Shown: positions 49,846 to 62,589 of the stretch, in pieces
Layout: each line of letters starts with the position of its first letter
Position numbering within the stretch: the first letter of the stretch is position 1
DNA from: Camelus dromedarius
Lineage: Eukaryota
Direction of reading: 5' to 3'
NCBI RefSeq assembly: GCF_036321535.1
Contig: NC_087437.1
Coordinates: 77,998,001-78,062,000 of the forward strand
DNA length: 64,000 bases
The notes under the pieces: model-generated
Databases searched by the model: none
Told to the model about the DNA's origin: nothing
Seen by the model: only the letters and a program-made list of their open reading frames with translations
Translations under genes and position numbers: made by a program

Positions 49846-52800
49846 ACCTCAATGTCCATACTTTTAGACCATTACCGTGTGCTACCACTGCTCCTTACCA
49901 TTAACAGGGGTAAGTTAAAGCTGTTAATGATGTGGCTTTGCATAACTTTTAAAGATAAACAGCTAATACTTCTAATTGTAGAATCGTAGAATTTGAGGAT
50001 GGGGAAGGACATTAGAAATGATTTAATTCAGTCTTCTTTTATTGAGGTGTGGAAACTGAGGCCCAAACAACTTTAAGAATGCTGAGATCCCTGTTTTATC
50101 CATTTTTGTATCACCATTGCCTACCACAGAGTCAGTGTTCAATAAGTGTGAATTGAATTGAAGTAAGTGAATTAACTTAGAAAATATTTATTGAGCACTA
50201 TGCTTGTAGCTACAGATGGAATGATGATTTAGACAGACATAATTTTTCTCCCTCAAGAGATCTTCAGACAAGTAGCAAATCTAAAATCAGAATTATAACT
50301 TTGGTTAAACCTAAACCCTCATAGTTGTGGCTGTAGTCACCAACCTGAATTGTGGATTGAAATCAGAAGCTGGTTTTCTTTGTGCACTCTTTATACTTGT
50401 GTCTAAATTTTCATAGGAAACAGGATCGTGTGGACATGATTAAATTTAAATTAATTTAACTCTGATGTGGTTATTATAACCTGCTATCTTCCAGAACAAG
50501 CTTTGTATAGTTACCTCTAAAAGCTCAATTTCTAAAACACATGTTCATGGTTTTACTTTTTCTTTTATGGGGATATTATTTTTATGCAAGAATCCCAAAC
50601 TCTTTTTAGATTTTAATTTAGCAGGAACTTTCTACTCCACTTCCTAGAATGATAGGTGACAGGAAATAAGGCCAACCTTGTGGGGTCAGTTTGTGAAATA
50701 CCTTGAATATTTAGCTTACGGGATTTTAATAACCTTGGCTGTTTTGGTTTATGAATTCTGAAAACCTTAAGAAATTTAATAGATGTCTATGTTTAGCATA
50801 TCTTCATGGAGATATTTCTCTGATAATATAGCTTGTGACAATCTAGACCATTTATATTGTTAATGTTAATTCACCACTCTCCCCTGTTTGCAAGAGATAT
50901 TAGGACATATTTGAATCCATTAAGTTTATTTAAGAGAAATTTCAGTTGCATTTTAATCAAACATATATATTTTAAAAATTCTGGGCACAGAGTTAGAGGC
51001 ATTATAATTTTGCCATCTTCATCAGTGGTTGTGCTCTCTCTGTAATTCATATGGATATCTTGCCTCTTATCGTTGGGGGAGAGTTAAGTAGCAGAACTTT
51101 TCAAAAAAACTTGGAATAAATCTCACCTTTTAAAGAAAATAATTTCTACTAATTAATATATTTAAGATAGAGGATTATGTTTCTGATAAAAAGGTTTTTT
51201 TCTTATGTAAAATGCATTCGTGGATAGGCAGACTGAAGGAAATCAGTAAGTGGCTCCTGCAATTTCATTTCATTATTTGAAAATAAATTGAAAAGCTAAG
51301 AAAAGTGAACAAATAATCTTTATCAAATAGTGGTTTTAATAGCTCTTGTTTCTGGTAATATCTTCTTGTGAAATTATAATTTTAATCATTCACTTTGTGT
51401 CCAGTATTATCTTTTTATTTACATTAATACTCATATCCATGACATAAATGTAATATAGGACATCATGACTGTTTTGAAAAGTACCTCCTTTTCTGCTTTC
51501 CCTTTCTCTTCTGCCTTATATTTCTGTATCTGTCTTGATGATTCTCATTTCATAAACTCAATTCCCCTCGCACATACTCACTCCTTGCCTGTTCAGACCT
51601 TCTGCTGACCTCTAAAATTCATGGCAGACAAATTTTACACAAATATAAGAGAGTAAGGATTTGGTCCTTTGCTTTCACTGGTCCCTCCAAAGGTCATTTC
51701 TTTTATGGCAGTACTTTAAAAGTGCTCACTGTTTTTTTAAAAGCATGATTTAAAAGTACTATGGGTAAAGTGCTAAAAATAAAAATTGACTGTATCTGTA
51801 TACATGGAGAATCACATGTACTGCCTTAATGTATTTTCTTCTAATTTTTGTCTATGCATTTTTGAGATATAATTAGGATTATACTTTATAAAAATTAGTA
51901 CTTTGTAGCTTTTATTTTATATTCTATTAAAAAAAATTTCCCACCAGTAAGTAATCTTCAAAGACCTGATTTTTAATAGCATGACGTTTCATCATATAGA
52001 ATAGTGACTTTTAGGTGCTAACGTAAAAGGATTTCCAAGTAATCATACAGTGATGGAGGTGGGCTGTCCCATAATGAACCACGGGAGCAGTTGGCATGTT
52101 GCATGTACTCCGAGGAAGGCAGCAGACAGGGCCGCTGCCTGTTGCATTCCTTACCAGCAAGAACATGCTCCTCTTGTGTGACTGGCCTGGAGGGACCGCA
52201 AAGGGAGAGAGACAAACCGGCCTCACAGGATTGTTTCATTCCATGAAGAGTGGAAGAGGCTGAAACTTGTCTTCCTCTCTAGCATGATAATTGCTAACTA
52301 TGGAATCCGTAAAAGGAACAATGAAAATTTAAGGCGATTGTATAAATTTATGGAATATCCATCATTCAAAAGTAAATCAATACTATATTTTGATCTTAAT
52401 GCACTAAGAACGATGCAATTCTTGGTTAAATTCTTTTCTTCAATTAATCCCCCTCCCAATTTTTACAATGAGGTGATAGCCACCAAAGTGACCTTCAAGT
52501 TGCCAATGTGTCTGAGTTACTGTAAATGGCCATTTAAGATGACAATTAAGCGTGACATCTCTTAAAAATGTCTAATTTTCCTTAAAATCTAAACTCTTCC
52601 TTTGAGTAAAAATGTTCACAGTAGCCAATCCGATGTTAAGTAGAGAGGGATTTTTCTAGGTTAGGGAGTTGTATTTTTCTCTCTAGTAATAACAGTGGGC
52701 TGCATTCTCTAACCGGGTTTATTGTTTTCAGTAACGTAATGATGTTGGCCAGTAGGCATCAACATGGTACAGATCAGTGGAGGTTGGTGACTATTTTGAA

Positions 52801-54525
52801 GTCATCTATTTTGCATATTTTAATATGTCATAATAAAAAGACCTGTGACTAATATTTAGATTTGAAAAGCCTTTTTATATGAAAAGATTATTGATTATTC
52901 TGGCCCTAGAGTGTACAACTACATAAGCTACTTTGAAAGTAAATGTTAAATGAAATGTTTACGTTATCTGTTTAGATGACAGAGCAATTTAATGGCTGTC
53001 ATGAAACATATTTGAAATTATTGTTTTGAGACAATGCTCTATATTTATATAATGGTGATATTTCATCTTTAATAAATATTTGAGCTATTTGACTCCTGAT
53101 GAGCATCTTTTATTGAAATTTACCCAGATTTCTAAATGTAGCAATTTTTTTTTCTGAGGTTGCAGTCATACCTTGACTGTAATTTTGGCTTAAATTTTTT
53201 TGCATAATCATTTTGAAGTTGATGTAATGAAGAAAACAAAGAGCACATTTGTGTGGGAGAGAGACACAGAGAGAGAGAGGAAAAGAAGGCAGTATTTTAA
53301 AATAGAGTTTGATGGTTTACTAGGAAAAAAAACTTGCCCTTAAATGTTAACCAACTACAGTAACAACTCATGCAGGGTTTTAAAAATTATTATATGTTTA
53401 TTCTTTATCACTTGTATAGTGTGTAATAACTTTACCAGATGGACATATTTATTTGTTTTCTGCAAGATTCACTTTTGGGACCAATCATTTCACTGCAGCA
53501 GTGAATCTCTGTTTTTAAGATATGTGGTCAGAGTAATACATTTTTAAAAATTTGCTTTCTAGCTGAGACTAATTGCAATCTTCAGTTAAAAGTGAAAAAT
53601 AAAAATAAAAAAACAAGAAATACATTTTTGCTAGTTAGACTGCTGTGTGAAACTATAAACTTTAGAGCATGAGTGAATTTTCAGATCATGTCGTTCAATA
53701 TTCTTCCTTTTACAGCTAAGGATACTTATGTCCAGAGAGGTGGCCTGACTTTCATAAAAGCTCCTTCAAGATATGGTTGGGAATGAGATATGAGGCCTTT
53801 GCAGTCTTGGGCAGTTCCTTGGCTGTAAAGATAAATTTGTTCTCATTGTTTTGTTTATTGTAAGTCCTTGTGTATTTGTAGGTCCGTGCAACTAAGTGCT
53901 TTATCACAGCACTTGCACTTAGTATCTGTTTCAAATAATATGCACGATCAACATATACAAATATTTTCATTTTCTGTTAGGTAAATTTCTCTTTAAAATT
54001 GTAATTTAAAAAAAAACCCAGAATATTTTCAAAACAGTGTCTTGTCAGTATCAGCATGAAGAAATAGGAAGATTTTGTTGTCATCCAAGAGCAGATAGCA
54101 TTACCCTATGATTACAGCAAATAAGCAACTAGGAATGCTGATCAGGTCCTCTTCTAAACACGGCTTGAAATTTTTTAAACGACTTGGGTAAGTCCCTTAA
54201 GCCATTAGCACTTGTATTTCTTTATTGCAGAAAGGTGATAATAGCTGTCCTCTGGCTGTTAACCTTTAACCAATGTGTTGTGCACACATCGATTTCTCTT
54301 TAATTGAAATATTTAGTTCCTTGATGAGTCTGTGTTCATGACTGGGCTGAATATTTTTAATGTCCTCCCAGTGGGGCTATAGAAAGACTGAAAAATAGAT
54401 GAAAATTCATTCTCAAATTGAAATTTTTATTATTGCTGTGAACTTTTCCTAAGAATCATTTGATCAAATGCAGCTAGCTGATGGGAAAGGTTACCCCTAG
54501 AATGGAATTCTATGATTATCTACGT

Positions 54526-54708
54526 CAGTGGCTTTTAAACTGTGGTCCCCTGACCTGAAGCACCGTCACCTGGTCACTCACTAGAAAGCAAATGCTTGGG
54601 TCCTACCTGAGGTGTACTCAATCAGAAATTAGAGTTGAGGCCCAGCTCTCTGTGTTTTAATGAGCTCTATACAAAATTTTGATTTATGCTAAAGTTTGAG
54701 AACCACTA
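54526..54708 (-). mobile_element. MER5A MITE
   Basis: Termini cagtggcttttaaact ... aagtttgagaaccacta; internal tcacctgg, aatcagaaa and gcccag...ctgtgttttaa. Confidence 0.8.
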
Positions 54709-56866
54709 TTCTAAATTAAAAGAAGAAAGATAAATAAGATAAAGTCATGGAAGTCAAACCATCTCAGACTTGACAACAGAATTTATGCTGTATTGGATAT
54801 ATATTTTTGTATGTTCACTCAAGGAGACAAGAGACTTTGTATTAAGCCCACTTGAACTTCTTGTTCTAACTTTAGATTATCACTGAAAATGTTGAAAGAA
54901 GTCAGGAAATTTTAAAGTTTTGATAGCCAAGCATTAAGGTATTGAAAAAAGCAGAGGGAAGTCATTAAGGAGAATACGATTGCTGCTGAGATGTTGGTAT
55001 CAGAAATCTAATAATTTGTTCAGTGTACAAATAAAAGCTGAGAAAGTACAGGGCACGCTACAAGATTTAGCCCAGTTTTAAAAACTCTGATCATCTGAGA
55101 GTGCTACTCTTGTTCAGCATTTGTTTTTATAAATAAAAGTGTGATTTGATACTAAAATAATGATAGTCTTGAGGTTTAATTTAGTTCGAGATTAAGGAAA
55201 TCAGAGAAGCTAGAAGGTTTTGTTTCATTGCGAAAGATTTATAGAAAGTTTTATACTGGAAGTACATTTTTTTTGTAGTGGATATAAATTTTTTTCAGGG
55301 AAGAGAAATTATAAAATAGAGTTAATTTAGTGCTGGACAGGACTGTGTTTGTAGTTGTGGAAGTTTGAACTATGTTGCTGATATTGGCATGGAGGAAGAA
55401 ATGATACTGGCAAATGTGTCCAAGGCTGGGTTTGAACATTGCTGGCTGTACACCAGTGGTTCTCAAAGTGGTTGTTTTGGAGAGATCAAGGCAAGGTGGT
55501 GAGTTTGTCAGAATTACCTGGATATCTTATATTACACTATTTGTGTTCCTCAATATCTTACATTCTCCCAACATCCATTTCACAGGCCACCCATGAAGAA
55601 CATAATTCTTAGATTGTGTGAAATCTAAAATGAATTGGTCTTTAAGAATAAGTCTTAGTTATGTGTATTGTTATCTCATCTGTAATATTTGTGTAGTTAT
55701 CCAGTGTAGGTGGAAATATTACATATCAGCTAAACTTTAGTGTCATGTGTTTCTATGAAAATAGAGGAAGAAGGGAAGCTTAATTATTGTACATGGATTT
55801 CATCATCTCTTTTGTAAACTATGAGGATTTTTCTATCTATAATGGATAATTTGTTTTTTCTCCAAATATTTCTACCTTTCTTTTCTTCTAAATAAAGCCG
55901 TAAAAAGTATTAAAAATGAGGCTGTAAGTGTTGGGGAGGATGGAAGGCCTGCCTTGGCCAGTCAGTAGACCTTTGTGAGGAAGGTGCCTATAAATATGAA
56001 GTCACCTATTAATTGTTTAGAACCCTACTGCTGTCCCTAACCCTTTTGATTCATTATCATTAATGGAATGATGTAAGTTTGTTAATATCATTTTTTTCGA
56101 GGATGCTGATTTTTGTGAAAAATGTATGTCATCCCTATAGACTTCTGAAATGTGCAAAGCTGGTTACCTGAGAGGTGGAGAGCCTTCTTAATCTGACTTA
56201 GGTGAGCTGCTATCAGTGCCCTTCAGTCTTGATTAACCCCTTCCTGGCCATCAGATCCATGGGCAGTTCTATCTGGTCTCTGCTTCAGCCCAGATTAGTG
56301 CTCTGGTCAGCCTCAATTCTTGTGTGATTCCCTTCTCTCCTGCCGACATTCTCTTTCATCCATGGTCTCTGCTGCCCTCCTACCTGTGTCCTCACCTACT
56401 CTGTAAGGTCAAGTCTGATCAAGACATTCTTTTAAAACCCCAACTCTGTTCCTGAAAACCTGCTAAAAGCAGAGATAACACTGAGACAAGGCATAGTCAA
56501 TGGAGATATAACAGATATATACCTTGAACTTAAGGAACACAATATACTTTCAGAAATAAAATTTATACCGCACAGTGGCAGAACACAAGGTCCTTCAGAA
56601 GAAATCAAGTCATCTGTTACGCGGTGCTCTTTTAGCATCCTTCTTAACATGTCAGTTTCTCATATACATGGCTGTGAGTACTTGATTAATGTCTCAAAAG
56701 TATGTTTTATAAAAGGCATGGTCTGTAGCTGTTTGGTTTGCTATGTGTGGACTCTGAGCTTAGTGCCTAACTCAAAAGTGCCTAAGAAATATGAACTGGA
56801 GGAGTTCCAAAGAAGGAAACATCACTGAGAAAAAGAGGGGCAAAGAACACTTTATTATGTGACATA

Positions 56867-56898
56867 AGGTGAGTCTGAATACAGGTGAGTCTGAATAC
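56867..56898 (+). repeat. Perfect 16-nt tandem duplication
   Basis: aggtgagtctgaatac at 56867-56882 and 56883-56898. Confidence 0.95.
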
Positions 56899-57114
56899 AG
56901 CTTAGAACTATTGGTAGCATATGGAACCATGGGCAGTATATAGATAGAGAGGTGGTTGCCCTATAATCCCAGGGAGGGAAGCAGCATGGACATAGGGAAC
57001 AAGGTCAGTGTGTAAAGGATGTTCTGATTTAGCTTGAGGGAAGAGTTCCTGTGTGGAATAGTAGAAGAAGAGATTAAATGTGTGAGGTGGGCAGATGATG
57101 GAAGACTTGGCTTA

Positions 57115-57295
57115 ATGTCTGTTGAAACTGGTTTGACTCGGTTCAGGGAAACTTCTCTCTTCCCAGCTTTGGGAAATCAGCCATGGTAGGGGTATTTACG
57201 CTGTAGAAATGGGCAAATTGTACAAATTAGGGCTCCCCCTCTTCCAATAAGCACCTACAGTGAATCGGTTGTTAAATATTTATAAGCAAATCACT
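57115..57295. mobile_element. MER63-like hAT-Blackjack element
   Basis: gaaatcagccatggtaggggtatttacgctgtagaaatgggcaaa...acaaattagggct...cggttgttaaatattt. Confidence 0.7.
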
Positions 57296-59309
57296 TTGAG
57301 GATGTTAGGCCTCAAAGGTGTATTTGTTTCTAGATTCAGGGAAGAGGCAGTAAGATGAAACTGAAATATTTGTAAGATTAAAAGCCACTACTTAGCCTGG
57401 CATAGTGTGGAACTATTGTAGTGAATAGAAACTGAAAGTACTGAAGCTAGTAATTTCGGTTAGAAAATAACATGGCACAATGGATGGTTTGGGAAAATTA
57501 GCTTTTTTTCTGTCACTCTTTGACATTAATGTGTTGCCTTGATTTTTTTTTTTTCTCCTTCTTAAGTTTCTTCAGGTCAGTGAAACTCCTCCCATTCTCA
57601 GAAAATCATCTTGTTTTAGGATAACTTCAGTCCTGTAGAAAATTGTGACACTGAAATTTTAAAATTTTATTTGCTTTTGTATTTTATGTCTATATTTTCC
57701 CTTATGAAAAAAGGAAAGGAAATGATTTCTTGTATAAATAACACATTATAAAAATTGGGTAATGTATAGAGTTATAAAAGAGAAAACACCCATAACATAT
57801 AGATGGATAGCTATTGTTAAACTTTAAAAAAAAATTATTTTTCTAGGGATAATCCGATAGTTCCAATTTCCTTTCTTTCTTTCATTTTTCTTTGTAGTAC
57901 TTACCACTGCCTAATAAAAATGCTTATTTTTTGGTTTATTCTTTGTCATCTTATAGAATGCATCAAAACAATGTAAATTCACCTATGTTTTCCTCCTAAT
58001 TTCAAGATTTTATTTTTTATCTTAATTTTTAAATCCACTTATGGATTAAATGAAATTTGAAATAAATTATGTGATTGATTTCAATATTTCTTTTTAAAAG
58101 TCTTCCTCAGCTGTTCCAACACCATTTGATGATTATTGCCTTGGAATGCCACTGTGTTCATAACCTGAATATCCCTATTCTACTTAGCTGTGTTTCTTAT
58201 TTTATATTCATTTAATTACTCAATGAGTCATTCATCCAACAAATACTTACTAGATATTGCTACGTACTAGGCACTGTACTAGTTGAATGGTATTGGGACA
58301 GCTAGTTCCATTCCCAGTTAACTCACAGTCCTTTTTAAAACTATACTTAGTCCAGTCTAGCTTAGTCTAATGAATCAGATTCTTTTTAAGTTCTTGCCTG
58401 TGATTTATGTAGTGCAGTTGGAGATGAATGTGGTAATGGAATCCAAGGGGGTAGACAAAGGGCAACATGGAGAGAACCCAAGAAGGGAAGAGTGAAAATT
58501 TTGATATGGGGCAAAGGCAAAAAAAATTATTTGCCTCTGACTTTAAAGCCTTAAATCACCCTAAAAAGAAAAATCTACATTCAGATTCTGTGTAAGAGAT
58601 AGAATTACCTTAAGTGACATATTTTTGTAAAAAATTTACTCTTTCAAAATTCATTCATTCACTTATTTGGGGGGAAAGTGAGAGAAATATAGAACAAATT
58701 TTAGTATAATAAAAATTAAGTTAATTAAAGAGAAATTTCTGGATTTCTGGATCTTACTAATTTGTCATTTAAAAAGTAATAGATATAGCACTATGGATGC
58801 AGTAACAGAAACATGCAAAGGGAAGTTTCATCAAAACCCAAAGAGAGACTGGACAGGTTTTTGAGAAGAGGGCAAGTGAACTTGAACTGAGTTTTCAAAT
58901 TTGAATATGAATTCTTCAGAAAGGGAAGTGGAGAATGGTCATGTGAGTTCAAAGATTTCTAGGCTGAGATATAAAGGATGAATTTCGGGAAAGAAAAGAA
59001 CTTGAGCAAAAGTTAAGGGAAAAAAACACAAAAAAACAAAAACACGTGTTGCTTGAAGAAAGGCCAATTGCTTGATACATCTGAATAGTCCTGTTGTGTA
59101 AGTGGTGGGGAGAGGAGGCTAAAAAATGCTGGCTTGAGCCATTTCTTAGAAGACTATGTGTGGAAGACTGTTGGCTACATGTACAGTATCCATTGCCACC
59201 TATTTTCCTTACAAATGGGACCCTAATTTTTTCACAGCAGTGATATACCCAAGAAAATGTATGTTTCCAAGACTTCTGGGGGTGGCCAGATTACACAATT
59301 TTCCATGTA

Positions 59310-60720
59310 TTTTATTTAGTTGAATACTTATTTATTGGTATCTGCTCTAAGCCAGGCACTGTTCTAGGCACTGGAGATACAGCAATAGAAAACAAACAAA
59401 TAAATGAAACAGAGCAATCTCTAATCTGGATGAGCTTAATTCTAAAGGGAAAAGGGGGAGCATTGAACACAACTCCTCCACCCTGCCCCAAAAGGAAAAT
59501 ATGCAGTACGTTACGTGAGTACTATGAGGAGAAAACAAGTAAGAAGATTGTTTTACTTTTAAGTAGTATGGTCATATAGAGCCCCATTATTGGAGCAAAA
59601 AATTAGAGATAAGGAAGCACTTCTTGTTGATTTTTGGGAAGAGAGAATTCAAGGCAGAAGGAGCAGGAATTCCTGATACCTGGGTCAGCAATGTGCCTAG
59701 TGTGTTCAAGGAAAATCAAGAATAGTAGGAAAGTAGGGGAGAGTATAGCTCAGGGGTAGAGTGCATGCTTAGCAAGCCAGAGGTCTTGGGTTCAATCCTG
59801 GGTACAATCCTGGGTACTTCTACTAAAAACAATAAGTAAATAAATAAGCCTAATTTCCTCCCCCTCCAAAAGATAAAGACAATTATGAGAGTTTGTCCTT
59901 AACTAGGGATAGGATGTTATGACTATTAATTGAGAAACCCAGATGGGAAAGATTTCTGAGAAACAGGGTTTTGCTGTTGTTGTTCTGTTTTTCTTATTTG
60001 TTTTTCTAAGGTGTAGACATCAGGGACTTGGCTGGGACTCGTAAAATTTGAGAGGCCTATTAACATAGAGCTATCGAAGTGACTCTTGGATTTAGGCAGG
60101 GGAGAAATCTTGACTGGAGATACTTATTTGGGTCCTGTCAGCATAAAGACAGTTTTAAAGCACTGAGACATCAAAAGGTCATGAAAAGGATATGGATAGA
60201 GAGGAGAAAAGAAGGGAGTCCCGGGGCTTTCTCTTGTAAAGAGTTTGAGTTGTGAAGGGAATTAGCAAAGGGGATTTAGAAGGAGCAGTGAGTGAGGTAC
60301 GAAGAAAACCAAGAGGGTAGAATGCTCTGGATGTCAAGAAAATTTCAGAAAGGATAGAGTCAAAGGGGCTGTAAACCTGAGATTTTTAAAAACTCAGATG
60401 GAGAAATGACAGCATGTTTATTTGCTGACTGGAAATAATAAGAGACAGAGTGCAATACTCTTTGGTGGATGAAATAGGCTGAGATCTTGTATACAAGAGA
60501 AAGTTTTGGAAAAATATCCAGTCTTGAAGCTGATAGGTGAGAAGGTGTGGTGATGGAAGCTTCTCAAAATTTTTTATGGCTTGCTTCAGGTTTCTCTGGG
60601 AAATATGAGCTGAATGTGCTGATGTGCATATATGGAAATACGGAGGCTTTGGTAGAGGAGAACGTATGAACTGGTAGTTGTTGGACAGTGGGGAAATGAA
60701 TGAACTCGAAAAGATGGCGG
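59310..60720 (-). mobile_element. L2 (L2a-like) LINE fragment
   Basis: gccaggcactgttctaggcactggagatacagca, gggaagagagaattcaaggcagaagg, tttgagaggcctatt and gaggtacgaagaaaaccaagag. Confidence 0.8.
59736..59880 (+). mobile_element. Camelid Vic-1-type tRNA-Ala-derived SINE
   Basis: ggggagagtatagctcaggggtagagtgcatgcttagc...gaggtcttgggttcaatcc carries A and B boxes. The tail aaataaataagcctaatttcctccccc matches my recollection of Vic-1. Confidence 0.85.
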
Positions 60721-62504
60721 GGAAGCAGGAAGGAAGGCTCCCTTCCACTCTTTCCTGCATGGATTAAGGATGCAGTGATGAAGGCACAGTAGCAATCTTG
60801 CAATCATAGCAGAAGTATTGTGAGGACAAAAGTTTCATGTAAGTAAATGAAAAAAACCTTTAATCTGTTCTGTAATTTTGGAGCATTCTACCTTTCTTTC
60901 ACTTACTTCTAGACTTCATGGCATATGAGAAAAATAAAATGTCTGTTTGGTTAATCCTGGGTAGTTAAGTCTCTGCATATGTGCTCCTGAAATCTGTCCT
61001 ACCGCAAGCATGGACTTACTTGTTAGATGAAGGAAGTCACTGAAGTTTTTGAATGGTATGACAGTTGGATTTTCCCCAAATATTATTACCTCTGTTCCTT
61101 GATAACACTGGTTTGGCTTAGAGTCAAAAGCATCATATAGAGTCTACTGATGCTTGTGCCAAGAAGGAAAGTCTTTCAATCAAAACTCATTGAAATATGG
61201 TGTTAATAGGTTTTTTTTTTTTTTCCTGTTGTGAAAAATTATTAGATGAATACAGTGGTGTTAAAGATACCTGAGAATAAATTGCTGTAGGTCTTCAAAT
61301 TTATAAAAGTAGACTTTAGTTTCCCATTGTGGATTTTGGATACCATGTCAATGTTCCCATGTAGACAACAGTCAGAATGAAGAATGGGCTTCAAAATATC
61401 ACACAAGTTCTATTTTATCATTGAAAATCCTATGTTTATTTGGGGTTGGTCAATATATAAGTCCTCTGTATAATCATTTCTTGTTAAATAACAAAAACAG
61501 ATTTTAAAAATGAGGATTATTTTGGCACTATGTATAAGTTAGCAAGTAATAATCTCTTCATTAACTTTATTAAAATTCTGTCAGATATTCTTCAACTGAG
61601 GCTAACGTCTGCACAGATATGTGTGATGGTATTCTGGGGGGTACCTAGAGAGTCAATTTATTTCATGGCAGTACATTAAAAATGCTTTTCTTTTTAGAAT
61701 AACTACCAATTTATTAAGTGATAATGTGCTAATTCTCATAATTTTGAAGATGCATGAAAATGACTAAATAATTGAGCTTTCTAAAGCTAAATCCATAGAT
61801 GACTCTCTTATTTCATTAATTTGTTCACTTATATATTTTGATTTCTTTCTTTGTGCCAGGGATTGGGCTAGGTGAAGAGAAAAAAGCAGCAGACAAGAAA
61901 GACAGACCTTGTCAACAGAGAGCAAACCTATTTTTATGTAAGAAAGGAAGAGAACTAAGTTTAATGAACACTTACTAAGTGCCAGTCACTGTGGACCATA
62001 TATTCTGATACATATTTTATTGACATATATTATGTCAATAATAATTGACATATGTTTTTCATACTCACTGCCCTCCAGTCTCATTGCTTAGTGCAGGGCC
62101 ATGCAACTGGGGTCTTTCTAGTTAAAAGTAGTTGAAGGGATTTAGAAATGAACATAAAATAGGAGCCTTTTGTTGAAAAGTCAACAATGCACTATAGCAC
62201 TATATTTGAAATATATTCATGTAACCTGAATACTGTAGCACCTAGAAGTTTCGGTATAATGAAACTTTATTCTAGATTTTGCTGTTAGCTATTATGCAAA
62301 GAACATTTTAGAAATTATTGCCGTTAAGAGAAAACTGGATGTAAGATTTAAATGGCAATGAGTTCTTTAAACTTCAATGTCTTCATAATTTTTACAGGAT
62401 AAATAATTTTTTTTTTTTAAATTTAGAGGTTGATTACTTAGTTTCTGGATTATTCTGGCTTCATTAATGTCATTTTCTTTAACTTTCCTTTGCTTGATTT
62501 ACAG

Positions 62505-62589
62505 AAGTTTCTATTTCCTACCACTTTTTCTTCAGAAAGTCCTTCAAAAGTTTGATGAAGAAGGCAGTTGAAATTAATGATTTAATGAG
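62505..62589 (+). other. Candidate internal exon (85 nt, product unknown, possibly UTR)
   Basis: Branch-point-like tttAac (~62482) and pyrimidine tract ttcctttgcttgatttacAG (62504); weak donor gag|GTATTT (62590). Confidence 0.25.

Larger units (their letters stand above)
59158..60985 (+). mobile_element. MLT1-type LTR split in two (about 59158-59305 and 60730-60985) by an L2 insertion
   Basis: 5' half tgtggaagactg...ttccttacaaatgggaccctaattt...ggggtggcca; 3' half ctttcctgcatgga...gtagcaatcttgcaatcat...cttctagacttc...tgagaaaaataaa. Confidence 0.6.

Noticed and set aside
52090..52172. p53-like CATG half-sites (ggcatgttgcatgt; gaacatgctc)
   Set aside because: Only isolated or overlapping half-sites, with no properly spaced full response element.
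56435..56828. About 130-codon stop-free + strand frame (NSVPENLLKAEITLRQ...)
   Set aside because: Directly preceded by a stop, with no upstream ATG or clear acceptor, overlapping L2-like decayed sequence, and with no recognisable homology.
59736..59810. tRNA-Ala-like sequence
   Set aside because: The 3' acceptor stem is disrupted by a duplication and followed by a SINE tail, so it is a SINE head rather than a tRNA gene.
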